Under the pieces are notes generated by a model. The model saw only the letters and a program-made list of their open reading frames with translations, searched no databases and was not told the origin of the DNA. A stretch of 21,370 nt of DNA from Acidimicrobiia bacterium (GTDB taxonomy: Bacteria > Actinomycetota > Acidimicrobiia > Spongiisociales > Spongiisociaceae): NCBI GenBank assembly GCA_041576165.1, contig JBFGLM010000070.1, positions 1 to 21,370 on the forward strand, read 5' to 3'. This document shows positions 1 to 8,102 of this stretch, piece by piece; positions within the stretch are counted from its first letter, which is position 1, and each line of letters starts with the position of its first letter. The translations under genes were made by a program, and so were the position numbers.

Positions 1-1
1 G

Positions 2-601
2 GTGCTGCCCGACCGGGACCTGACGCTGGTATTGCACGATTGGGGGGCGGCACTTGGCTTCGACTGGGCACGGCGTCATCCGGGCCGGGTTCGTGGCATT
101 TGCTACGGCGAGGCGATGGTGCAGCCCCGGCGGATCAGCGACCTTCCCGAGGCCTACCGCGAGCGTTTCATCTACATGCGCACAGACGCCGGGTTTCGAG
201 AAGCTGTCGCAGACAACTTCTTCATCAACAGGGTCTTTGCCAATGGCATCATCCGCCGTCTCAGCCACGCCGAGCGTGACGAATACGCCCGTCGCTTGAG
301 CACGCCCGAGGCCATTGTGCCGACGGTGCAGTGGCCGCGGGAGATCCCGTTCGACGGTGAACCGGCCGATAATCACCGCATCGTTCAGGCGTATGCTGAT
401 TGGCTGGCGCAGAGCACCGTCCCCAAGCTGTTCATCAATACCACCGAAGGCCACGCTCTCGTCGGGCGCAACCGTGACTTTTGCCGCACCTGGCCGAATC
501 AGACGGAGGTCACTGTGCGGGGTCGCCACTACTTCCAGGAGGACGCACCCTACGAGGTGGGCCGGGCGATAGGGGAGTGGCTCGCATCGCTCGGGCTTTG
601 A
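2..601 (+). CDS. Haloalkane dehalogenase (HLD-II, LinB/DhaA-like alpha/beta hydrolase), 5'-truncated by window edge
   Basis: Nucleophile elbow LHDWG, catalytic acid in YGEA, WPREIP, VPKLFIN and catalytic His in GRHYFQED. The frame is open from the window start. Confidence 0.9.
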   Translation: MLPDRDLTLVLHDWGAALGFDWARRHPGRVRGICYGEAMVQPRRISDLPEAYRERFIYMRTDAGFREAVADNFFINRVFANGIIRRLSHAERDEYARRLSTPEAIVPTVQWPREIPFDGEPADNHRIVQAYADWLAQSTVPKLFINTTEGHALVGRNRDFCRTWPNQTEVTVRGRHYFQEDAPYEVGRAIGEWLASLGL

Positions 602-693
602 TCCAGAGCGAGGGCACGAACCGGCTGTGAGCAGAGCAGATCGAGATGTAGACATCGTGAATTGCACGAGCGGCGCGATCGAGCCGCGCCTGA

Positions 694-863
694 GCATTCC
701 TTAGGCTCGGGGGTACCCTCAGGGGCCCTCAGCGCCGAAGGTTCGCTCACGGGGTCTCCCTCAGAGCGTGGCACGACGTGCGCTCTCAGAGAGAAGAGCG
801 TTGGGCGCGCCCCAACTCTCGGCTATCGCGGCCCTCAGGGGCACCCTGGAGCCTAAGGAACGC
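694..863. repeat. Symmetric structured intergenic element: imperfect 34-bp inverted arms enclosing two hairpins
   Basis: Arms 694-727 and 830-863 are 26/34 complementary, with a perfect 12-bp core TTCCTTAGGCTC (697-708)/GAGCCTAAGGAA (849-860). Internal hairpins at 755-794 and 800-816. Confidence 0.7.
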
Positions 864-874
864 AACGAGCGCCC

Positions 875-880
875 TAACCT
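875..880 (+). promoter_or_regulatory. -10 element (TAACCT) of a probably leaderless transcript for 887..1126
   Basis: TANNNT hexamer 6 nt before ATG 887, with no Shine-Dalgarno sequence. Confidence 0.55.
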
Positions 881-886
881 CACCCC

Positions 887-1126
887 ATGCTGCGGTGGCT
901 GATCGCGATACTGATCGGGATTGTCGTTTGGCGGGTCAGCGTCGCCATCATCCGCATGCTCGCCACCCCGCCGCCGGAGATCGACCCGGAGGACATCGTC
1001 GAGACCCTCCAGGCCTACCGCTGCACGATCTGCGGCACCGAGGTGACCATGACCGTCACCAACGTCGAGCAGCAGGCGCCCCCCCGCCACTGTCGCGAAG
1101 ACATGGACCCCGTCTTCGACCCCTGA
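887..1126 (+). CDS. Small membrane-anchored metal-binding protein (desulforedoxin-like/zinc-ribbon domain)
   Basis: 79 aa; N-terminal hydrophobic helix (WLIAILIGIVVWRVSVAII) followed by YRCTICG...PRHCREDM; strong GC3 codon bias. Confidence 0.8.
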   Translation: MLRWLIAILIGIVVWRVSVAIIRMLATPPPEIDPEDIVETLQAYRCTICGTEVTMTVTNVEQQAPPRHCREDMDPVFDP

Positions 1127-1146
1127 CCGCCCCACCGGCAGGCGCG

Positions 1147-1178
1147 TTTTCCCCATGTGTGGACAACCATGGGGAGAA
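1147..1178. promoter_or_regulatory. DnaA-box cluster within an inverted repeat between converging genes
   Basis: TGTGGACAA (1158-1166) is the reverse complement of TTGTCCACA. It is flanked by degenerate boxes TTTTCCCCA (1147-1155) and TGGGGAGAA (1170-1178). 1147-1157 and 1168-1178 are complementary with one mismatch. Confidence 0.6.
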
Positions 1179-1192
1179 TTACAAAGGTGTAA

Positions 1193-1444
1193 TCAGTGGT
1201 AGTTGGTGGTCATCACGAAACCAACCGCGATCGCGACCAAACCGCCGATCAGCAGCAGATTGTCGAGCTGGAAGAGGTACCGGACGACGACCATGATGAC
1301 GCCGACCGCCATCAGCCCGAACATCAGCGCGACGTACCAGGCCGGCGACGGAGGCTTGCCCCGCTCCGCCTTCTTGACGGCGGTTTTCGGTGGGGTGGGC
1401 CGCTTGATCTGCTTGCTTTTCCGTCTGCCTTTGGATTCCGGCAT
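1193..1444 (-). CDS. crgA: Cell division protein CrgA
   Basis: 83 aa starting MPESKGRRKSK, with basic N-terminus, SPAWYVALMFGLMAVG, two TM helices and end GFVMTTNYH; divergent from trpG. The real start is internal to the 265-aa ORF of the track. Confidence 0.92.
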   Translation of the reverse strand: MPESKGRRKSKQIKRPTPPKTAVKKAERGKPPSPAWYVALMFGLMAVGVIMVVVRYLFQLDNLLLIGGLVAIAVGFVMTTNYH

Positions 1445-1523
1445 GCCGTCAGGGTAGTCCGCGGCGGCCCGTAGAACCCAGCCGATCCCAAGCCTGACCG
1501 CCCGCCTATCCTGACGCCCATGC
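1441..1523. promoter_or_regulatory. Divergent leaderless promoters for crgA and trpG
   Basis: TACCCT (minus, 1456-1451) lies 6 nt before the crgA ATG; TATCCT (plus, 1507-1512) lies 7 nt before the trpG ATG. Neither gene has an SD. Confidence 0.55.
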
Positions 1524-2080
1524 GCGTCCTGGTGCTCGACAACTACGACTCGTTTACCTACAACCTCGTCCAATATCTGGGCGAGCTGGGGGCCGAACCG
1601 TCGGTCGTTCGCAACGACGTGCTGCCGCCGGCGGAAGCCGTCGCCACCGCGCCGGATCGGGTGGTGATCTCCCCGGGTCCGGGCCGGCCCGAGAATGCCG
1701 GCTACTCGGAAGCCTACGTTCAAGCGTTCGCCGGCAAAGCCCCCATCCTGGGGGTGTGCCTCGGCCACCAGGCGATCATTACCGCCTTCGGGGGTGCCGT
1801 CGACCTCGCGCCCGAGCTGAAGCACGGGAAGACCTCGGAAGTGCGGCACGACGGCACCGGCCTGCTCGCCGGCCTGGCCAACCCCTTCGTGGCCACCCGG
1901 TACCACTCGCTCGCCGCGGTCCAGGATTTGCCGCCCGACCTGGTAGCCAACGCGTGGAGCGAAGACAGCGTCGTCCAGGGCATCCGCCACCGGGAGTTAC
2001 CGATCCACGGTGTCCAGTTTCACCCCGAGAGTGTCCTCACCACCGAAGGGATGGCGCTCCTGAAGAACTTCCTGATTTAG
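1520..2080 (+). CDS. trpG: Anthranilate/aminodeoxychorismate synthase component II (class I glutamine amidotransferase)
   Basis: DNYDSFTYNLVQY, SPGPG, GVCLGHQ (catalytic Cys), RYHSL and QFHPES; position between crgA and pknB as in mycobacteria. pabA function cannot be excluded. Confidence 0.95.
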   Translation: MRVLVLDNYDSFTYNLVQYLGELGAEPSVVRNDVLPPAEAVATAPDRVVISPGPGRPENAGYSEAYVQAFAGKAPILGVCLGHQAIITAFGGAVDLAPELKHGKTSEVRHDGTGLLAGLANPFVATRYHSLAAVQDLPPDLVANAWSEDSVVQGIRHRELPIHGVQFHPESVLTTEGMALLKNFLI

Positions 2081-2100
2081 CAGGCGCTAACCGGCCGCAG

Positions 2101-2529
2101 TCAGCCTCCGGGGCGCCAGGTCTGGCGGACGAAGTCGGGCCCGACGAGCGAGGCGTAGCTCGGTTCGATCTCGATGAACACCAAGTCCGGGTTCTCGTAC
2201 GAACCGAAGAACTGGCCGAGGTCGTATTTCCAGCCGCCGTTGCCCCAGATCGCCGATTTGGCCTCGATCGCGGACTGGACCGCCCCCTGCCCCCGCACGA
2301 ACAGTTGCCCCGGCCCTCCTGCGGTCACCGGCCAGTGCAGGGCCACATTGGGATTGTGGGCCAGGTTGCGGGCCTTGCGCGTTCGCGGCCGGGTCCCGAC
2401 ATAGATCCGGCCGCCGGCGAACCCGGGCGCCACGAACGACACCGCCGGACGCCCGTCTGCTCCGGAGGTCGAGAAGGCCGTCACCCACGAGATCGAGTGG
2501 GCCGCCGCAACGACGTCATCCCATTCCAT
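2101..2529 (-). CDS. Pyridoxamine 5'-phosphate oxidase-like split beta-barrel (flavin/F420-binding) protein
   Basis: 142 aa from MEWDDVV; FSTSGADGRPAVSFV, TRKARNLAHNPNVAL and LVFIEIEP. Start overlaps the mutY 3' end by 14 nt. Confidence 0.8.
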   Translation of the reverse strand: MEWDDVVAAAHSISWVTAFSTSGADGRPAVSFVAPGFAGGRIYVGTRPRTRKARNLAHNPNVALHWPVTAGGPGQLFVRGQGAVQSAIEAKSAIWGNGGWKYDLGQFFGSYENPDLVFIEIEPSYASLVGPDFVRQTWRPGG

Positions 2530-3382
2530 CGACCGCTCCTCCACCGGGCAGCGCAAAATGTCCGTCGACCTCCACGACCAGTCCGTCGTCCACCAGCGCG
2601 GCGAGCGCCGGTCCGAGGCGCGCCGGCGCCACCCCGGCGCGCCGGCCAAGGCCGACGCCGGTCTGGGGGCCGTACCGGATCAGCTCCCTGATCACGGCGC
2701 CGCGCGCTTGCCGGCTGGACCCCTCAAACCGACCTTGGGAGCGGGGCGGCTGATACACGGATGGATCGGCGCACCAGCGGGTCACGGGGCATTGTGTACA
2801 CGCCGGCGCCTGTGCGGTGCAGAGCGACGCCCCCAGGTCCATGATCGCCTGGTTCCAGCCCGCCGGTTCCTCACGGTCTAGCTCCTCGGTGGCTGCCTCC
2901 GCCAGCGGCGCTCCAGCCAGCGGCGTGCCAGACCAGCGACTCAATACCCGGCGCGTGTTCGTGTCGACCGCCGGCACCACCTCGCCGAACGCAAAACACG
3001 CCACGGCCGCCGCCGTATACGGCCCCACCCCGGGCAGACGTCGGAGTCCCTCGACCGTGCACGGCCATCCTTCGTGGACGACTTTGCGGGCAGCGCGATG
3101 GAGATGTATCGCCCGGCGGTTGTAGCCAAGGCCCGACCACTCTTCGAGCACCTCGGCCGGAGCGGCGGTCGCAAGCGACGCGACGTCAGGAAAACGACGC
3201 AGGAAGCGGTTGTATCGAGGAATCACCCGCTCAGCCTGGGTCTGCTGGCACATGACTTCGGATACCAGGATCCGGTAGGGGTCGCGAGTGTGGCGCCAGG
3301 GAAGCTCCCGCTGATGTCGGTGATACCAGTCCAGCAGTGCCTGTCGGCGTGCCTTGCTGGCCGCGACCGGAGTCCGGCGCAT
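2516..3382 (-). CDS. mutY: A/G-specific adenine DNA glycosylase, short actinobacterial type
   Basis: LPWR, SEVMCQQT (catalytic Glu), WSGLGYNRRA, HhH LPGVGPYTA, VDTN (catalytic Asp), and the CX6CX2CX5C [4Fe-4S] motif. Confidence 0.93.
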   Translation of the reverse strand: MRRTPVAASKARRQALLDWYHRHQRELPWRHTRDPYRILVSEVMCQQTQAERVIPRYNRFLRRFPDVASLATAAPAEVLEEWSGLGYNRRAIHLHRAARKVVHEGWPCTVEGLRRLPGVGPYTAAAVACFAFGEVVPAVDTNTRRVLSRWSGTPLAGAPLAEAATEELDREEPAGWNQAIMDLGASLCTAQAPACTQCPVTRWCADPSVYQPPRSQGRFEGSSRQARGAVIRELIRYGPQTGVGLGRRAGVAPARLGPALAALVDDGLVVEVDGHFALPGGGAVDGMG

Positions 3383-5337
3383 CAGGGTTCGCTGGCCGCG
3401 GCCGTCGTGGTCGTCGTGGGCGCCGTAGTGGTCGTTGTCGGGGGGATGAACTGGCCGAGCGAGACCGTCACGGTCGTCCCCTGATTGACCTGGACGCCGG
3501 GGTCGGGATTCTGGGCCACGATCAGTCCGTCGAGCGCCTGATCGGTGACCGGCACCCGGGTAGTGGCGACCCGGACCTCGAGCAACAGCGCCCCGGCTTG
3601 TTCGACGGCCTGGGCCTCGGTCAACCGCGACAGGTCGGGAACCTGCACCACGTCGGGGCCGCTCGACACAACCACCGTGACCGCGTCGCCGGGGCGCAGC
3701 ACCGCCCCGGCGGTCGGGTCGGTGCGTATCACAAAACCGTCGGCGATCTCCAGGCTGGCTTCATCCACAAACGTCGGTTGCAGGCCCAGCTCGGCGAGGT
3801 TGAAGGCCACGTCCCGCTCCGAGCGGCCGGTCAGGTTTTCGAGCACCACAGTTTCGGGGCCCTCGCTCACGTAGATGATCACAGTGGAGCCGGCAGCGGC
3901 TTCGGTGGATCCGGCGGGCTCCTGGCGAATTACGTCACCGATCGGGACATCGTCGCTCACTTCAGGACGCACCTCGACAACGAAACCCTGCCCTTCGAGC
4001 AGCTCGCGGGCCCGTTCCTCGCTCGAGTCGACCACGAGCGGCACCACCACCGGTTCTTCCCCGGCCGACACGAAGATCGTGACGAACGACGACGGGTCGG
4101 CCCGTTCACCCGCCCGCGGGTCGCTGCGGATCACGGTGCCCACCTCGAAGGTGTCGCTCGCCTCCTGCTCGGTGGCGACCCGAAAGCCGAGGTTCTGGAG
4201 GATGCGGCGGGCGTTCTCTTCCGTCTCGCCGGCCAGTTCCGGAATCTCCACCAGTTGCGGCGCAGCCACGCCACCCGAGATGTTGTTGAACAGAATGAAG
4301 ATCCCCACCACCAGCACCACGAGCAACCCGATAGCAGTGATGACAAACGGCAGCTGGCTCGGCTGGCGGCCGGTGGCGGTCACCCGCCGGTAGGTCTCGT
4401 CGGGCGGAACGGTGGGTGGGGGCACGGCCGCCTGGCGCAGGACTTCGGTGGGGGCAGCATTGGCGGAGGTTGGGGGCGGCGCTGGTGGAACCGGTTCGGC
4501 CACCGCCTGCAGATCGCCTTGGAGGAAGCGCAGCAGGTCGCGGCGCATGTCCTCGGCCGACTGGTAGCGGCCGGCCGGGTCCTTCTCCAGCGCCCGCATC
4601 ACCACCGATTCCAGCTGGGGCGGAACGTCGGGGTTCGCATGCGACAGTGGAGGTACCGGGGCGGACACGTGTTGATATGCGACCGACACTGACGTCTCAC
4701 CGGAGAACGGCGGCCGGCCGGCCAGCATCTCGTACAGCACCACCCCCAGCGCGTACACATCGGAGCGGGCGTCTGCCATCTCGCCCTTTGCCTGCTCGGG
4801 CGAGAAATACGTCGCCGTCCCGATGACCGAACCGGTTTTGGTCAGCTCCTGGCTGTCGTCCCAGGCCCGGGCGATGCCGAAGTCGGTCACCTTCACGGTC
4901 CCGTCGGACGCCAGCAAGATGTTGCCCGGCTTGTTGTCCCGGTGGATGACCCGGCTGCGGTGTGCCACCTCCAGAGCCGACGCCACCTCGCTGGCGATCT
5001 CGGCCGCTCGCCGGGGTAGTAGGGCACCTTCGGAACGCAGCACATCGCGCAACGACCGCCCCTTGATCAGTTCCATCACGATGAAGTAGGTGCTGGCGTC
5101 CTCGCCCCAGTCGTAGATCGACACGATGTTGGGATGCGACAGGTTGGCGGCTGCCTGTGCCTCTTTGCGAAAACGCGCTACGAACGTGTCGTCGGTGGAG
5201 AACTGTTGGTGGAGGATCTTCACTGCCACCCGGCGGCCCAGCATGACGTCGTGGGCTTCGAACACATCGGCCATCCCGCCCCGGGCGATGTGCGCCAGAA
5301 GTCGATAGCGGCCGGCGAGCGATCGTGTTTGTTCCAT
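3382..5337 (-). CDS. pknB: Stk1/PknB family PASTA-domain Ser/Thr protein kinase
   Basis: IARGGMADV, VAVK, HRDxKPGN, VTDFGIAR and GTATYFSPEQ; one TM helix, about four PASTA repeats and a Thr-rich tail. Confidence 0.96.
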   Translation of the reverse strand: MEQTRSLAGRYRLLAHIARGGMADVFEAHDVMLGRRVAVKILHQQFSTDDTFVARFRKEAQAAANLSHPNIVSIYDWGEDASTYFIVMELIKGRSLRDVLRSEGALLPRRAAEIASEVASALEVAHRSRVIHRDNKPGNILLASDGTVKVTDFGIARAWDDSQELTKTGSVIGTATYFSPEQAKGEMADARSDVYALGVVLYEMLAGRPPFSGETSVSVAYQHVSAPVPPLSHANPDVPPQLESVVMRALEKDPAGRYQSAEDMRRDLLRFLQGDLQAVAEPVPPAPPPTSANAAPTEVLRQAAVPPPTVPPDETYRRVTATGRQPSQLPFVITAIGLLVVLVVGIFILFNNISGGVAAPQLVEIPELAGETEENARRILQNLGFRVATEQEASDTFEVGTVIRSDPRAGERADPSSFVTIFVSAGEEPVVVPLVVDSSEERARELLEGQGFVVEVRPEVSDDVPIGDVIRQEPAGSTEAAAGSTVIIYVSEGPETVVLENLTGRSERDVAFNLAELGLQPTFVDEASLEIADGFVIRTDPTAGAVLRPGDAVTVVVSSGPDVVQVPDLSRLTEAQAVEQAGALLLEVRVATTRVPVTDQALDGLIVAQNPDPGVQVNQGTTVTVSLGQFIPPTTTTTAPTTTTTAAASEP

Positions 5338-5352
5338 TATGACGGGCCGAAT

Positions 5353-6813
5353 TTAACCGCCGGTGGCGAGGTAAAAGGCCATCACCTCCTGAGCGATCGG
5401 TGCGGCGACCGCACCGCCGGTGGCGTTCTCGCCCACGTCGCCGCCCCCGGCCACGAGGACGGCCACTGCGATCCGGGGATCGTCCACTGGGGCGAATCCG
5501 ATGAACCAGGCGTGCGGCGGGCCGTCGGGGGTCTCGGCGGTCCCGGTTTTGCCGGCTACCCGCACCCCCGGAACCTGAGCCCGGGTACCGGTGCCGGCGG
5601 TCACGACTCGCTCCATCATCTCACCGATGACCTGAGCAGTACCGGCTCCCATCACCTGGGCGTACGGCTGGGGCTCGCTGACACTCTCGATCTGGGAATC
5701 TGCGTCGAAGATCTGCTGGACGATGTAGGGCTCCATCACGATCCCCTCGTTGGCCACACCCGCCGCAACCAGCGCCATCTGCATGGCCGTTGCCTGAACG
5801 TCGCGCTGTCCGAGGCTGGTCTGGGCGAGCGCAGCAAGGTCATTACGAAATGTATCGGCAGTAGGAATGACCGAGTCAAGGATGTCGAACTCATACGGCA
5901 CATCGTCGTTGAACCCGAATGCTTCGGCCTGCCTGACGACCGCGTCGCCTGCCAGGCGCATCCCCAACAACGCAAAGGTGATGTTGCAGGACCGCAGGAA
6001 GGCGTCTTCGAGCGTCACCTCCTCTCGAGCGCCGCATAATGACCCGCCGAAGTTCTGGATGGTGGCGGTTGATTGCGGCAGCTCCAGTTCTTGTGGATTG
6101 GGGAACAGGGTGTCCGGCCCGGCGACGCCCGACTCGACCGCCGAGACGGCGACGATCGTTTTGAACGTCGAGCCCGGACTGTAGGTTTCGCGAATAACGC
6201 GGTCGAGCAAAGGCTGGGCGGGGTCATCCTGTAGGTCGGCAAACACTGCTGCCGCCCCGCCGCCGACGATCGAGTTGGGATCGAAACTGGGTGAGCTGAC
6301 CGACGCCAGCACTGCCCCGGTACGAGGGTCGAGCGCCACCACCGCTCCTTCCTGGTCGCCGAGGGCCGAGCCCGCCACTTCCTGCAGCGCATGGACCAGC
6401 GTCAGCTGCACGCTGCGGGCGCGAACGTCCTCACCGAGGAGGGCGGATACCAGCCCGGATACGGTGAGATCCCGACCGGACGAGAGCAGTTCGGCCCTGG
6501 TGTCCTCGACCCCACTGTCGCCGAATAGCAGTGAGGAGTACCCGACGGTGTGTGCGTAGAGATCGCGGAATGGGTACTCGCGTATGAATCGCTGCGGATC
6601 GGAAGCGTCCGGCACCGAGCGGGCTAGCACCCGGCCGTCGGCCGACAGTACCGGTCCCCGCTCGCGCCCGGTCCGCGAGAGCAGCTCCCGGCTATTGCGC
6701 GAATCCGCCCGCAGGTCGTCCGCCCGGACCACCTGCCAGTAGGTCACGTCCAGGATGAGGATCGCGAAGATGACGAACAGGGCGGCGGCCACGCGACGCA
6801 TCGGTCCGTTCAT
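5353..6813 (-). CDS. pbpA: Class B penicillin-binding protein A (transpeptidase)
   Basis: N-terminal TM; SxxK (GSTFK), SxN (SCN) and KTG motifs; ATG overlaps the rodA stop. Confidence 0.94.
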   Translation of the reverse strand: MNGPMRRVAAALFVIFAILILDVTYWQVVRADDLRADSRNSRELLSRTGRERGPVLSADGRVLARSVPDASDPQRFIREYPFRDLYAHTVGYSSLLFGDSGVEDTRAELLSSGRDLTVSGLVSALLGEDVRARSVQLTLVHALQEVAGSALGDQEGAVVALDPRTGAVLASVSSPSFDPNSIVGGGAAAVFADLQDDPAQPLLDRVIRETYSPGSTFKTIVAVSAVESGVAGPDTLFPNPQELELPQSTATIQNFGGSLCGAREEVTLEDAFLRSCNITFALLGMRLAGDAVVRQAEAFGFNDDVPYEFDILDSVIPTADTFRNDLAALAQTSLGQRDVQATAMQMALVAAGVANEGIVMEPYIVQQIFDADSQIESVSEPQPYAQVMGAGTAQVIGEMMERVVTAGTGTRAQVPGVRVAGKTGTAETPDGPPHAWFIGFAPVDDPRIAVAVLVAGGGDVGENATGGAVAAPIAQEVMAFYLATGG

Positions 6814-8102
6814 GTGCGTTCCTCGTGCGACACCATGGCCAGCAGCACGATCAGCAGCGTGTTCGAGATCAGCGACGAGCCGCCGTAGGACATGAACGGC
6901 AGCGTGATCCCGGTAACCGGCATCAGGCGCGTGACGCCCGCCAGGATCAGGATGGCCTGGAAGCCGATGACGAACGACAAGCCGGCCGCTAGCAGTTTGC
7001 GGAAGAGGTCGCGGGCCCGGATGGCGATGCCGAATCCCACCGCCGTCAGGAGCGCGAAGGCAGTGATGATCACGATCGAGCCGGCCAGCCCCAGTTCCTC
7101 GGCGACCGCCGCGAACACGAAATCGGTAGCGGCGGCCGGGATCAGGTCCGGTCGACCGAGCCCCAATCCGGAGCCCGAGAGGCTCCCCGTGCCCATGGCG
7201 AAGAGACCCTGGGCGATTTGATAACCGGACCCCTCGAAATCGGCGAAGGGGTCAATCCAGGCGCCTACCCGGCTCTGCACGTGCGCGAACTGAGTCCAGG
7301 CGGCCGCGACCCCCGCCAGGAACAAGCCACCGCCGAACGCCAAGTAGGTCTTGCGGCCAGTGGCCATGAACAGCATCACAACGAATGCGGCGAACAGCAG
7401 CAGTGACGCGCCCAGGTCACGTTGATAGATCAGCACGCCGAAGCTGGCGATCCAGGCAATGGCGATCGGGACCAACTGGCGGGGCTCTGGGATCCGAGCG
7501 CCACCGATCCGGCGGGTCCAGGCGCTGAGCACCGCCTGGCGTTCGGCCAGATACGACGCGAGGAATCCGACGAGGAGCAGTTTGGCGATTTCGCCCGGCT
7601 GGAACTGGATGCGGAAGCCCAGATCCCAGCGAACCCACAACCGGGAGCCGTTCACTTCTAACCCCTTCAACGGCATCGGCCCGGTCGAGGGCAGCAACGG
7701 CAAAAGCAGCAAACCCACTGCGGTGACCAGCAGGAGATATCGATAGCGGCGCAGCGGTTCCAGCCCGGAAGCGCGCGTGGTCCACAGCACGATCACCCCG
7801 AGGGCGGCTCCGGACAACAACCACCAGCGCTGCAGCGACGCCAGCTCGCGATCCAGCCGGTACACCTCAACGAAGCCCACCGCGGTGAGGGTGGCGGCTA
7901 GCGGCAGCAGGTAGGGAACCGACTCGGGCGCCCACTGGCGGATCGCCGCGTGTAGCGCTCCGAACGCGAGGAGGAAGACAAGAAAGGTGAGGGCCGATTG
8001 GGCGTCGAGCGCCCCGCCTTCTGCGAAGTTGACCAGCGCCACCCCGAATCCGGCGAGGCCGGCGGCGGCGATGATCAGGGCGGCCTCGGCCGACCGGGTC
8101 AC
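6810..8102 (-). CDS. rodA: SEDS family peptidoglycan glycosyltransferase RodA/FtsW
   Basis: Multi-TM; NGSRLW, QPGEIAK, DLG, GYQI and TGITLPFMSYGGSS. Start placed at the GTG (8102) that overlaps the pstP stop (GTGA). Confidence 0.93.
   Translation of the reverse strand: MTRSAEAALIIAAAGLAGFGVALVNFAEGGALDAQSALTFLVFLLAFGALHAAIRQWAPESVPYLLPLAATLTAVGFVEVYRLDRELASLQRWWLLSGAALGVIVLWTTRASGLEPLRRYRYLLLVTAVGLLLLPLLPSTGPMPLKGLEVNGSRLWVRWDLGFRIQFQPGEIAKLLLVGFLASYLAERQAVLSAWTRRIGGARIPEPRQLVPIAIAWIASFGVLIYQRDLGASLLLFAAFVVMLFMATGRKTYLAFGGGLFLAGVAAAWTQFAHVQSRVGAWIDPFADFEGSGYQIAQGLFAMGTGSLSGSGLGLGRPDLIPAAATDFVFAAVAEELGLAGSIVIITAFALLTAVGFGIAIRARDLFRKLLAAGLSFVIGFQAILILAGVTRLMPVTGITLPFMSYGGSSLISNTLLIVLLAMVSHEERT

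Noticed and set aside
689-863. CRISPR interpretation of the CCCTCAG repeats
   Set aside because: Repeats are 7 bp and irregularly spaced; no cas genes are present.
1147-1192. oriC interpretation of the DnaA boxes
   Set aside because: Only one perfect and two degenerate boxes in a 66-bp gap, and no dnaA or dnaN adjacent.
1445-1990. N-terminal extension of the crgA ORF (265 aa)
   Set aside because: Antisense to trpG; CrgA begins at MPESK (1444).
3337-4692. 451-aa plus-strand ORF and similar long shadow ORFs (1756-2691, 5134-6039, 9167-10210, 11071-11994, 20291-21184)
   Set aside because: Antisense or off-frame to well-supported genes, with no motifs; expected in high-GC DNA.
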